Shown here: one piece after another, positions 9,460 to 24,522 of the stretch | Position numbering within the stretch: position 1 is the first letter of the stretch | Layout of the letters: each line of letters begins with the position of its first letter | Assembly: GCA_025201805.1 (NCBI GenBank) | Contig: MU619392.1 | Coordinates: 29,844-65,028 of the forward strand | Length of the DNA stretch: 35,185 bases | Source: Parasitella parasitica NRRL 2501 | Taxonomy: Eukaryota > Fungi > Mucoromycota | Direction of reading: 5' to 3' | The notes under the pieces: generated by a model | Seen by the model: only the letters and a program-made list of their open reading frames with translations | Databases searched by the model: none | Told to the model about the DNA's origin: nothing | Translations under genes and position numbers: made by a program

Positions 9460-12400
9460 TCAGTGCAATGCATATGTCTTATCGCTAGTAAAGCAACGAC
9501 GAAGATCATCATCATCGACAAACTCACCCCCACCGTCAGATTGCTTGCTCATTTGTGCTTTTTCAATATCTTTTGTTGCATTGTTATTTTTGTTGTGTGA
9601 ACGCTTGATATCATGAATGGCATGGATGCGTTCTTCAATAGTGTCTTGAACAATGTACCAATATACAGCTGTCTAAATGAAAAATGAGTATTTCTAGTAA
9701 TATGCTGTACAATCTTGTCCTTAGTTTTCGTACCTCTTCTGTTTGGCCAATGCGATGGATACGATTAATAGCTTGCTTCTCCAAGGACTCATTGATAACA
9801 GGTTCCACAATGAATGCTGTATGCGCTTCTACTAGTGTCAATCCACTTGACTGACTTTTGGCATCCAGCAAAATCACATTGATGTTGGGATCTTGCTGGA
9901 ATTTAGCTACTTTATTCTTGCTAGCAGCGGATCCAGCACCAGCATCGACAGTTGTGCATTGTATACCGTTCATATGAAGCCCGGTCTTGATCATAGTGAG
10001 AACTTTGGACCATTGAGAGAACACGACGCATTTCCCGTTGTTTTCAGTTTTGATATGCTTAATGTGTCGCACTATACTATCAATCTTAGCACCCTGACTG
10101 CTGCTAATATGCTGCCTTTTTATCTCTTTGATGAGTTTCTCGATTCTGTCGTCTCTTCTCGTGATCTTTACGGAGGTGATTTCCGTTGCGCTTCTGCCAT
10201 CAATACTATCAATGCCGTTGCGAAATTCCTCGGACTGATCTCTATCATGCATTACCATTTCATTATAAGATACTCGGTACCACTCGAAAGGTTTAACGGA
10301 TGAATTGCAGGTATGACATCTTCGACTTGTTTTGAACCACTGTACTCCACAATTGTAACAAGACGAATGTCCACAATACGTGATCATACCCTTTTCAATA
10401 GGGTCTTGGCAAATAAGACAATCCCTGGGCTTTCCCTTGCTACTTTTTCTCGTCTCTTGCTCCTCCACTAGGGCCTTGAAATACATATCTCGAGATTTGT
10501 TTTGAGATATGATTTCTGTCAGCTTTTCTGTTTCCGTATCAATCTTTTCGATTTCTCGCCGAGGATTATCACTCTGCCATTCGAGCAATGTATCAGAAAT
10601 AGATTGTAGATACTTGTAATAAGCAATTCTACTATTAAAGAGTTGAGTCAGTTTTTTGAGGTCGTTATCCAAATCTTCCACAAGTTTAGTTTGCGCTGGC
10701 ATCTTTGATCTGATATAAGCTTGCTCATCGTTCAAAATGCTGGTATTTTTTCGTCTGTTTACTTTGATTTTTCGTTTAATATCTCTGGATTGTACCTCAA
10801 CATCGCGAAGACACTCAACTTTGAAATTAGCAGGGGCCATTAATTGGTTTCTAAATGCCTTTTCGGCTGCTTCTATCCGAGTTGCTTCTTTGCTTTGAGT
10901 CTCTTTTTCTTCAGCGTCGTCGTTACCAAGAGCGATAATATCTGCCGAAACTGTGGTTCCATTAATGATGAATTTTCTATCCTGCAAGAGTGATTTATAA
11001 GCTGAAAGATAAATTTGGCAAATTTCTTGTTGTGCTAACGAATTATCGTATTCTTGGCCGGTAGCTTCTGCATTTTTATCGCCATCCACAAGGCTTTTCG
11101 TTAGAATAGGCATGATCTTTATGCGCAAATACAATATTTTTTCAAGTTGCTGATCTAGTATATAGCCTACGCCTTTCATGTTTTCTACTGTATTTAAATC
11201 CTCTTGTGTCTGGCGATGATCGACATACTCTGGTAAATTACCGTCTTCTTCCCTTGCGTTTACGATTGTTGAGAAATCCAATTCAAAATTTCGAGAACCA
11301 TACAGATAACCAGGATCATTGTTAATATTATTTGCAGCCCTGCGCATTTCGAATGTATGTGTCTTGACTCTGTCAGTATACGACTCTAATAAATCTCGCC
11401 GAATATCACCAGCTTTATTGTAGAAGTCAGTCTCCTTGTCTTCCAAACTCATGGCATGATAGACACCGGCCATGTAAAAATAATATCGGTGCAACAGTGT
11501 TTGCCATTTTGTATGGCTTTTGGACTCGGACATATCCAGTGTGTCCCTTACAGAGCTCCCTGCCTTTTCCAACACTTTTGCTTTAGCAAAGTATCTACGA
11601 CTATCCTCGCATCGAGCCTCCACCAATTCTTCCACATGTACTACATTTTCACTGTAAATTTCAATTGCCTTATGTAAGTCTCGTAGCACCTCAAACATTC
11701 CGCCTTTACTGAGCTTTAGCTGATAGTAGCCATACTGGTTATGATCCAGGTTAATCCCGGCCGTTTTAGCCATGTCGTGCAATACTTCGCTCATTGTCTG
11801 TACTCCATTTGTTGTTGTCTTTGATGATTTGAGCCGTAAAGATGTATTAGCAATCAAAGATGGATGAATACAGCCTTGCCGCAATGCCACCAACTACGTC
11901 GAGACTATTAGTAATACATATATATAACGTGTTCTGCAATGCATTTACCCAATTTCTCATGCGAGACCGTAGAGTATCTTTTGACTCTAAATTCAAGCTC
12001 CAATTATTGTTGTCTAGTTCATCTAATCCAATGTTACTTTTACACTCTCTCCAAAGATCGTCGTAATAATGCTGTTCAATTGTAGTGAATGGAAAGCGTA
12101 CCACATGGCGACTCTGTTTTGGAATGTGCACTTGATTCTCTAGTGAATGCTTTGTATTTCTTCTGATCGTGCTGCAGGCAAAATCATAGAATACTGACAT
12201 ATAGTTGGGATCGTGGCAGAAAGCAGCAAATATGTCGGGTGTCTTGATAATTGAAGGTGCAATTGAAATAAAGTCATAAAGGCCATGCAAATCGTTAAAA
12301 TCGCTCTTGATCGGTGTGCCTGTTACGGCCCAGGCATACCATCTGGGGATTTTCTTAGCTACTGCAACCACGGCTGATACATGGCCTTCTATCATTTGAG

Positions 12401-14232
12401 CCTGCATATAATTTATATTTAAGCACAATTGTCCAGCCCGCCAGATATGCACACAATTTACCTCATCTAAAATGCAACGAAACCAAAATGTAGACACCAA
12501 AGGACTCTGGTTGAACTCACGATTGCGATTATAAGTGACACCTAATGGAGTTGACGCTAGTGTTGGTATATTTACCAAAATACAGATCATTTGCACACGT
12601 ACCGTTCCTCTGAGGCCTCTTTCGCGGAGGTTCTGAATAATAAATTTCTTGTCGAAAGGCCTGTGGTTGCAAACTGTTGGTCCTGTGATGTCTGATTTTT
12701 TTCAACCGACTCTCTCGGGGCTTACCTCGTAATAAACCAAGACGATGTCATATTGGGCAAGGTCTTGGGCATTGGTTTCTTTCTGAAATCGACGACCTTC
12801 ATAAATAAAAACAGATAGTTGTGGTGCATGCTTTTTAATTTCGGATTGCCATTGACTGATGATAGAGCCAGGAGTGACGATCAGCGTTCCTTTCGAGAAT
12901 GTCAGTGCACCAACATCCTCAGCTCTGGGATGAGAAGGGTCTTTAGGGTTATAAGTATGCTTAGCAATCAAGTTTAGCACACTGTATTACAAGTCTGTTA
13001 GAGCCAGTTGCTCATAAAAAAACATTTTATATTATATATATTTACCTTACCGTTTTTCCTAACCCCATTTCGTCAGACAAAATACCACCTGAATAAGACA
13101 GCTGAATCAATTTCGATATCTGAGCTCTGCTTGTACTTGTTTCTCCGGTAATGCAGTCGATGTAATTACCGGTTTCATCTGTCTCATGAGCGCCAGTATA
13201 CAAAAGTGGAAGGCATGCAAATATACTTGGATCTGGCTCGACACCTCCTTGCTCATTGGCAACATGTCCCTCTCGGGAAATCATCCATTTGACATTTTGC
13301 AGTTGAAACGGTGATAATTTGGCAGTTATTTTAGCCGTAGCGTAATTTTCAGGGCGATATTCGCTGACATCTGGCTGAATGTAGCCGTAAAATGTTTCCA
13401 GAGATGAAACTGGAGGTACAGGGCGTCTTTTTCTTTCTAATGTTGTTGATGCAGGATAAAGAGTCAATGCCTTTTTCAATAATGGCACAGAGATGTCGGG
13501 CTGAGAGGAGCCATCTCTTTTGCGTTTGAATTGTGATGTTGACATATTTGTGTTTTTTGAGTCTCCAAGCAACCGATTAGTAGTGTTTACTTCCGAGATT
13601 GTGTTTGTGGCCAAACTCATGTTTCCAAGCTTAATATCAAACTTTCTGGATAATGCATCCACCAGCGATAATTTTGATCTACGATTAGCATTGGCAGTGA
13701 ACTTTAGTTGGACTAGTAAAGTCAAGGTTTGGTTGGGTCCAGTTGGCCGGATTACCGCATTTGATGCATTAATCAGAGATGATTGAATCGCATAGGCAAG
13801 CGATACGAAAGATTGGTCAAGACCTATCAGCTCCGTGGCATTATCCTCCTCGAAATGATCAGCATTAATAACAAATCGATGCTCCAGAAGCAGCTGATGT
13901 TTAGATGCTGAATAAACTTTTAAAGCCGTCTTGATGGTGCCTCGAACTTTTGCATATTGCCACTCGAGAGATAAACGCTGTGTTTTACAGTTTTTATGTC
14001 CAGCAAGTAAGTATCTAGCCTCCACATCCTTCAACCCTGGAAGCGATAATGGAAACGCAACATTGCTGTTAGAAAAGTTGATGCTGCGGCTGTCATTTTT
14101 ACTAGCGATTTCAATCGTTTGTAAAGTGCTGTGGCATCTGTTGCTGTTGCCGGTTTCTTGCAATTTGAATTCATGCAAGTAGGAAAGCAAAGCATCTTCC
14201 TTTACTAAAGCTCCATTTACAACCACGACCAT
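9460..14232 (-). CDS. SNF2-family ATPase with C3HC4 RING (SHPRH/Irc20-like E3 ubiquitin ligase-helicase), multi-exon
   Basis: GGILSDEMGLGKT (Walker A), TLIVTP..IISQW, spliced ILDEAQ, WAVTGTP, LRQGCIHP, RING CLIC...CGHSSCYNC...CHTC, VVFSQW, QAINRIHRIGQ. The last exon (TAVYWYIVQDTIEERI...) ends at the stop at 9460-9462. Confidence 0.92.
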
Positions 14233-14379
14233 TTGAAGTATTATACAACAGAAAAAGAAGAAAAAGAGTGTTTATTGTTTTCATCGATGTTTGAAAAAAT
14301 TTTATGTAGTTGATTTACGCCGTTTTCGTAGCATGAAACCCTGATCAGCAGGAAATGCAACATGCTATATTGCATATTT

Positions 14380-16508
14380 CTAGTCTTTTTCCTTGTTGGT
14401 ATGGATATTCTTTTCGTCAATCGTCATGCTGTCAGTTGGTAGGATTGATTTGTTTTCGGTATAACCAAGTCCAATGACAATTGCTTTGCCATGAAGAAAA
14501 ATCTGTGCCATGAAAGATAGGTTGAGAAAACCCAAAGAGATGAATACAACAACTTATAAAACTTACTTCGTCCATTTCTTCCAATGTCCTTCCCTTGGTT
14601 TCAGGCAAGAACACATACACGATTATACCCATTGTAAGGCAACAAGCGCCGTAAAAAAAGAATGTGCCATACGAAATATCGGCAATCATTAGTGGTGTGA
14701 TTTTTCCTATGATTGCGTTCATTGCCTGTATAAATAGTCTAGTTAGTATTATGGATATATACGTTATAAAACTTGTCTCGAATAGATATTCACCCAATTC
14801 ATTGCTACAAAAAATGTTAATCAAAGGCATGTTTTCTCAGTTCTACATAGAGACTTACAAGTAGTTATCGAAATACAAACAGCTCTAATTCTATTAGGAA
14901 AGATCTCTGAGCATACAATCCATGTTAATGGTCCCCAAGACCACTCGAAACTATCAGCTAGTTAATTTATGTACGTGAACTTGAAGTATAATTTTCACTT
15001 ACGAAACGGCGAATAGATAAATCATAACCATCGCAACATAGCCTTGAGCTGCAGGTGCCGGTGAGCCATTAGCGATGGCTTTTTCAATACTGTAAAGCAT
15101 TCCGCCAAGCACAAAAAAGATGATAATATTAGCTAGTGAACCGAGTAAAAGCGTAGGTCTCCTTCCTACAGCTTTTTTATCCAAAAAGAAGAATGATGCC
15201 AATACAAAGAATACTTTAACACAGCCTATTTAAACATATATCGATGATGACAAGAGGTTAGTAATGCATATACAAGGGCGCAATTTCTGACATATGATAT
15301 ACCATATACACCAGTCATTAATACAGACATGCTGCTATTTAGCCCAATAGTTTGAAAAATTAAAGGGCCATAATAATTCTATGCGTGCAAGTCCTTTAAA
15401 AACGTGTATGCATTCGCATATGATCCAGCAACTTACAATAGCATTCGTTCCAGTCCATTGTTGAGCAATTTGCATAAAACAGCCTAAAGCAAGTCTGCGA
15501 ATGTTATGGGGCTCCATAAGTTCCTTCCATTTTGAGCCATCTTGTTGTTTTTCCATTGTTACAGCATTAGTGATTTGGTCAAATTCATTTGTAATATTAG
15601 GATGGTCTTGTGGCAGATTCCTTAGCCTACATAAAACATCTAATGCATCATCAAATTTATCTCTGTGCAATTTGTTGAATATCTTTTGAATCGTATGCAG
15701 GATTATCACACACACACAAAAAAACTTACTGAAGAGCTAACCAACGAATAGATTCAGGTAAAAACAGCATACCAATGCATAAAATAAGTCCTGGTACAAT
15801 CTGAAGGCCCAAAGGGAGTCGCCATTGAATATCTCCAGTTTTTAAACCTACTAAACAGCCATAATTAACCCTATTTTTGGCTTGTTAAAGTGTGTGGATA
15901 AATACATTTGTATACGATTTTTTTTTACCAGAATGCCAACATCATTCCTACGGAAATATTCAACTGCCACAAAGCGCCCATACGTCCTCGGATGTTCAGA
16001 GGAGAAATCTCTGCAATGTACATTGGAACAAGCATTGAGCATGATCCAACACCCCCTATGTAAACTGTCATCAGTAGCAAATTAGCTGTATACAATTGAA
16101 AGTTCTCATTACATCCACCAGCAAACCTCCCAAACAAAATCATGGGCAAATTTTTAGAGCCTGTCTGAATGGCACTGCCAAACATAAAGATCAATGTGCT
16201 CACAATAATCGATTTTCGACGTCCAAACCTATCTTTTTGAAACATTTGAAATCAATTCCTGTGTATGAAGAGTAAGTCTGCGTACCTGCATAGAAATTCG
16301 CCGTTAGAGCACCAATACAAGCTCCAGCCTGCAACAAAGATACAATATCTCCTTGGATCTGCTTTGCTTCGGATGCATCTCCGTCCATTCCAAAAAAGAC
16401 AGGAAAGGTGGGCGTTGAAAATACTCCACTGATGATGCCAATGTCATACCCGTAGAGTAACCCACCTATGCTCGATACAATGGTTGTTATGGGCGTAAGG
16501 AATTTCAT
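14380..16508 (-). CDS. MFS sugar porter (hexose/quinate transporter family), many introns
   Basis: Motifs GGLLYGYDIG, DRFGRR, PMYIAEISP..IRG, WRLPLGLQ, PESIRWL, QQWTGTN, VGRRP, WGPLTWIVCSEIFP, LPETKGRTLEEMD; stop at 14380-14382. Confidence 0.93.
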
Positions 16509-18260
16509 GGGCAGGTCAAAAATTAAAAGAGGGAGGGAAAAGAGAAGGGATTTTTAATGTGGGGTAATGAAATATAGGTCCTTTTGTATCACTGAAAGTC
16601 TACTTGCTATGCCAATCATCTCTGGTTGGTAAGAAAGTGTCATAATTTTAGTTTTCCTATTAGACCCATCCCCAAATTTTAAACTTTTTGGATCTTCTTG
16701 TGTGTCTATATTTGTCTTGTGCATCTCTTTTTAATATGGTCTTCAGGCCCTCTTGCTAATATAAGTAATATTGTAGAGTAGTGTTTATTTGCTCTGTGTC
16801 TCTCTCCCATTTCTCGTTTTTTGGATTTTGGAATCAAGGTTACATCAAAATCTAACTGGAGCATCAATTGCTAAAGTAGATTATCCACAATCGTTTTCAT
16901 CGTTCTAGTTTTTTCGAGATCTTCTATGTTTATTGCATGTTTCTAAATCAATATATTTAGAGTGGAACATATTTTATACAATCCATCAATTACTACAAGA
17001 CGATAAAAATGCTTTTTTTTTTATCCAAAGTGTATACGTAAAGTTTACCAGCCTGATTGAATGAAAATCGGAGCCGACCGAAATTCGATATTATAGTCTA
17101 ATATGCGTAAATCAAAATTTGATTTCTTTGAAGATATTTTTATTGAGATACATCATGTATAATCAGATACGTGGTGGATCCAAATGTTATAATGCAATGT
17201 ATAACAAAAAGTGATATTTCGCACCCAAAATTACTCCTATTGGGTAATTATTCCGGATACACAAATTCCACTTATACGAAGCTGTATGGACACAGGCAAA
17301 CTGAATTACAACTTTGGGATCGCCTTCAATGGCAAGCATTAAGAGGCGCTACTATGATATTTCTTGAATAAAAATCGCAATTTTTTTGCTACTAACTCTG
17401 GATAGAATTTTTCACCCTTTCACAAATTGTACAGAAGAATAGAGGTAATATAGGCAAGTACTGCATCGAAGTTTGATGGTACATGGTCTCGATTCACCTA
17501 AGATATGGCAATTAATGTACTTTTTCACATTCAAAATGTCTGCTTTTTGCTGATTGCTCTGGATAGAAACGTCATCCTTGCACATAACAACTGGGAGAGT
17601 ATAGTCGCAACCTTTGTGAATTCAGCAACCTATTTTGAACCTTTGGAAGTCTTATGGTATGTTGTGTGCGGTAATTTCAGTGAATATATGAATGTGTATG
17701 TAGTTAGAAAGGGATTATCAGCAGTAATGGGAAAAAATGGCGAACTTTTGATTGTACTGTTCATTAATATTATTCCATCTCATCCGCTAAGATCTATGTG
17801 TTTTTATGTCAAGTTGAGTTTTTTAATGTCATGTGAAATGAAGCAACATCATTTAATTTGAATTACAAAGTATTGGAATGTTCTTTTCTTTTGAAAATTT
17901 TGGACTAGAAATACATAAGTAGTTAATTTGATAATTGTGGCAGATTTTCAAAAGTTTATGTAGTCAAAAATCAATGTATTTTATTCATTTTCCATGACAT
18001 AAAAGTGCTATTGCCAGATGCATCAAATAATGCTTTTTTTTTTTTCAGAAAAAAAAGGAATCTTTAATCATGATACATACAATCAAGTTTTTAACTGAAT
18101 AACACCATCTCAGATAGCATAATGATTAAAGATCAGTAAAATTTTATCATTCGATTTTGCGACCCTGAAGATTGCATTTTTGCATGTGATGCTTTCAAAA
18201 ACACAATAGCAACATTTTCAATGTCAGAATTAAGACTATATAGTCAGTTTCATTTTTTCC

Positions 18261-18344
18261 CTCTCTCACTCACTCTCACTCTCTCTCTCTCTCACTCTCT
18301 CACTCTTACTCTCTCTCACTCTCACTCTCTCTCACTCTCTCACT
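18261..18344 (+). repeat. Compound (CT)n/CACT microsatellite immediately upstream of ERG1
   Basis: About 84 bp of CT repeats interrupted by CA, ending about 40 bp before the ERG1 ATG. Confidence 0.9.
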
Positions 18345-18384
18345 TTAACCAATAAATTATCTCCACTAAAGAACGAAAAAAATC

Positions 18385-20170
<1,786 letters not shown>

Positions 20171-20569
20171 AGTTCTGATCTCCGTTTTGTTATTTATTCA
20201 TCAATTAATTTCCCTCTAGTAGTTTTACACAAATTTTGCATCATAATCACCACAAAAACCTAATAAATCAAAAAAGCAAGTTAACTTGATTGATGGACTG
20301 TAGAAGAACCATGTAAATTTCATGCTAAACTTTAAAGCTTTTCATTGTCTGTGCACCCCCTGAAATGCGAATCTTCTAATGCAAAACTTTAAGGAGAATA
20401 TTTCATTATACAGGTGCTAGGTGATTCGGCAATATGTATTAGCTTCCAATAGCATGTGTGTATTTAGGCAGTATCGTCCAAGTTTTTATGCTTTAGAGCG
20501 ATCAGCATAAGCTGGGAGGCACAAGTTAAGAGTGCGACTCCAAAATCTTATTTTCTCTTTCTCATAAAA

Positions 20570-20593
20570 ATCAGCATATCAGCATATCAGCAT
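20570..20593 (+). repeat. Three perfect tandem 8-mers ATCAGCAT just before the SAPS gene start
   Basis: ATCAGCAT x3, directly visible. Confidence 0.7.
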
Positions 20594-20602
20594 AATAGCA
20601 AA

Positions 20603-22823
20603 ATGTTTTGGCGTTTCCGGTTTAACAACACCTCTAGTCTCAATAGTTTACTTGATAAACCAGATATGAAACTCGAACAAATCTTGGGTAACCAAGATAT
20701 TGTCCAAGAAGCAAAGTCGCAAAATCCCAAATTAATTGCATTGTAAATTGTAAAATACATGAAAACATCTTGTTTTCATTAAAATGTTCGAACTTAGCAT
20801 CATTTCTGAAACGTTTTCTTTAGCTTATTGAAAAAAGAGGTTTTGTTTCGATTAGTTGATCTATTCTATTCTTTAGACGCTGATAAAGAACGGTAAGTTC
20901 TTGTCTATCTTTCTTCAGGGATCTTGACTAATATGTCAGCAGAATGTCTTTAATAGCTTGCGAATTATTGGCAAGCGAAATACCCCAGTTGATAGATGCA
21001 ATAGTCCTTGATAACCAGGATGTATTAACGAAATTTTGGAACTTTTTAAACACACCATACTCGGCTGAGCCGTCGTTTTCTTTCCAAGCGGCCTATTTTT
21101 GCAGAATCATTACCATATTTTTGGCTAAAAGAACAACCGAGATGTTGAGATTCATTAAATCCACGCCTGATAATCTTAAATTGATACTATCCAACTTGCA
21201 AAGCTCTGCCATCACAGACCTATTACTGACTCTGATAAGGCTGGAAGAAATACCAGAAGGCAAAGGCATTGTTCAGGTATGACTAGATTTGAGCATGCGG
21301 TGATGAAATTAACAATACACGTGCAGTGGTTTAGCAATAATGGGCTTATGACCAACCTGATTTATCGCCTAGATCCAAATCAAAGTACAGACGAGCATTC
21401 AATTGCTCAACAGTGTATTTGTGACATTGTTAGAATTTCTCAAACAAGCTTAGTGGAGTCGCCTAGTTTGGGCGGAAATAACATGATCAAAACTTTGACA
21501 AGTAGAGAAATGGTGCAAACAATGATCGATTTCATGGTGGATACTTGTGCGCCCAACTCGATTTCTAGTTTGATCAACTGCGTTACTATTATTATTGACT
21601 TAATTCGACACAACAACAGCGATTTAGATCAAGAAACCTCGTTTGCCACTGTCCTGGGGTATCAAAATCAAACAGTAAAAAGACCAAGCGTATCTCTAAT
21701 CAACTTGCTGTCTGTATTGACAGAGAATATCGAAAAATTCGTTGGCTTACTTTCAAAGCCAAAACAGGTCGGCACATCGCGTACAGCAACATCACTAGGC
21801 TTAGAGAGACTCAAAGTTTGTGAGTTGTTTGCTGAGCTATTACACTGCTCAAATATGACAAGCTTAAATGTCATTGAATTGGACGGAAAGAATAGGCCTA
21901 CTTACGGAGACTTACTAAAACTTGAGTTTGTTAAACACAAAGTGCTTCCTGTCAGTATAGTAAGTTATTGGCTAGTATCGTATATATAAAGTGTCTATAT
22001 GCTGATTTTTCTTTCTTAGGACTTATTCTTTGAATTTCCTTTGAATAACTTTCTTCACTACGTTGTGTACGATTCACTCCATCAAATTTTCAATGGCCAA
22101 ATGAGCAGAGAACCAAACAGACAACTTGTCCTATCTATTTTCAATGACGGGCACTTGACTGATAGAATTGTGAAAGCGCAAGAGCTAAACGACATTGAAT
22201 GGTATACTGCGGATATAAATAATATGTTACAACTTACTCACACTCAAATAGCGCAAAGCCTAAAGGTACACGATTAGGCTACATGGGACACTTGACATTT
22301 ATATCGGATGAGATTATCAAAGTCTTTGAAGGGTATCCTGAAAGTATCATTTCGGCGTTAGATGACTCTGTAGATTTAAACAAATGGCACCAATACTGTA
22401 TGAAACAATTGGTCGAGACAAAGAGAAGAGATAGATATCCTTTAGGTGACACGAGAACACACAATACGCTTGCTATGATTGCAAACCAGAATGACAACGA
22501 GCCTGCTAACGATGACACCAATATTGATGAAGAAGAGCTTAATGCTGAAGAAGCCATCAGTAATAGGTTTGGCCTATTTGAAAGTACAACTGATACTGAT
22601 GATAGTAACAATGAGAAAGTGTAAGTTATCTAGTTGATTTATTCGTAAAATCAGCAATATAACGCCTTTGTGCACTTATTACAGCAATGGCAACAAGGAA
22701 ACAGCTGAAGATCATGGTATAGTTACAAAGTACCATGAGAAAGATGATATTGACACTTGTGCAGAAGAGAAAGAGGAGCCATATATAGTGTTTTCCAAAT
22801 TGTTGCGTCTTTCTTGTGAATAA
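20603..22823 (+). CDS. SIT4/PP6 phosphatase-associated protein (SAPS domain; SAP155/185/190, PPP6R family); 3' end uncertain
   Basis: MFWRF N-terminus, IACELLASEI, IIIDLIRHNNSD, LGLERLKVCELFAELLHCSNM, FFEFPLNNFLHYVVYD, RLGYMGHLTFISDEI. Confidence 0.9.
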
Positions 22824-23869
22824 AATCTATTTTTTAAGGTATTTGGGAGAGCTTACAATATATCGAGAATTGTTTTAGTCTGCGAAAGCTCTGGTAATAT
22901 AAAATAAACATGTTACAAAATGTCTGAATGGTTGTTTTTAGCTTTTGATACCGTGCTTCCACTCTCAATTTACCGACCTTTCAAAAAAGTTGCCCACTTG
23001 TGTGAGGCTAATTTGCTCATATAATTTGTCCAGGTTGCGAGAATAAATTACCCACTTTTTGCAAATAGTCTCACCAACTTTTGATATTCCTGTTTCTTTG
23101 ACTAAAATAGTAGAGGTAGGATTGTAAATTAGTCTGGTAAAGAAGCGTTGGCCTTTTTTATTGTAGAATATTCATTTCTACTAATGAATCTCCACCAATG
23201 GGTGGAGTTTAATGTGAACCTTCAGGTACAAGTGCTAGGGAGATACACAAGGAAAGATTCTGATCATTATTTGTGGGTGATACTCATCAGAGCACAATGA
23301 ACCATTTCCAAAAGACAAAAGACAATGTTTAATTCAAGCCTGCATCAATTACAGACGATACAGAAAATATTCACTCGCTATCATCATACAAGGTAATTTA
23401 TGAATGTACTGTTTCAAATCAAAAAGTCTATCCATACAAACTCATTAATGTAAAAAATCTCAAAGGAATCGTGCGTTAAGCAGTGAAATTTGTGGATCTA
23501 ACACAAGCGAGACCGCTGAAGAAAAGTACCAGAAAAAAACGTCCTTTTTTTTGAATCTGTATATCTCTGCAAATATGCAAGAATGCTAATATGGCATTAT
23601 AAGTACTCATGTCTCGTCTATAAAATTGCATAATTTGCTTCTATCTAAAGATTATTGAGGGTTTATGGCTGTGTTGTTTACATGAGCCAATAGACCCATT
23701 TCATAAAAATAATATAGTATCATTAGTTTCTATAATGAATGAAAAGGTTTGCCATGGGCAAATGATGCTATGGATAAAGTTTTTTGATTTAGTTTCGCCT
23801 CAATTTTGCTTTGGTTTAAAGATTTTAAAATATATTTTTTTCGTTTTTCCGAAGTTTTTGCATCCTGGA

Positions 23870-24521
23870 ACAGACAAGATGTCGAAAGCCATAGTTCACA
23901 ATTCTAAATAATCAATATCATTACAAATACTCTGTTGACTGTTCAAAATGATTACATAGTAGTCTATCCTGACTGGAGCAACGGTACACGATCTGATGTA
24001 GTCCTTGAAACCTCCAATAGTCGTAGAATTACAGAATAGAGTTGACAAATTTTTCATGAAGAGGCTCATAAACTACATTCTTCAAGCTTTCAAACGATAT
24101 GAATTGAACTCTATTGTTATCGTCATTTGCACAACACTTTATCTGATTATGTCGCTAAAAATGTAGAGGCCAGTGCTTTTTCCTACTTGCTGTAAGTTTT
24201 CTTTTACAGGATAGACTTCTATGTGTCTTATTGTGTCTAAACCACGCGTCCAAAAGTGTATTAGTACCATACCTTTGGATCCATTCGTCGCTCTTGGTTT
24301 ATATCCCACCAATCAAGCTGCTAAAATAAACGACATACTTTGCCCAGATGATCCAATTATCCAATATTTATACATGTTAGCATTACAAAGACATAAAACT
24401 CGACTTGGAGATCAACACGCTGCTAACACTTTAGTACAAATACTCAAGAATCAAGATCATCAGCATACCAAAATACTGGAACTTATTGTCAAACAAGCAT
24501 CATCCGAAATAGTGGTCAAAG
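23870..24521 (+). pseudogene. Decayed PD-(D/E)XK-like (D...ExQ) nuclease/transposase-family gene
   Basis: Across a frameshift it reads DWSNGTRSDVVLE / PPIVVELQNRVDKFFMKRLINY..AFKRY, then CLIVSK..IPLDPFVALGLY...DDPIIQYLY. It has stops and frameshifts and is cut at ~24522 by retroelement DNA. Confidence 0.55.
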
Positions 24522-24522
24522 C

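Noticed and set aside
9893-14182. Plus-strand ORFs inside the SNF2-RING gene
   Set aside because: Antisense shadows of a long coding region with no domain signatures.
17171-17861. ORFs in the transporter-ERG1 intergenic region
   Set aside because: No recognisable motifs; consistent with chance ORFs or unidentifiable decayed repeat DNA.
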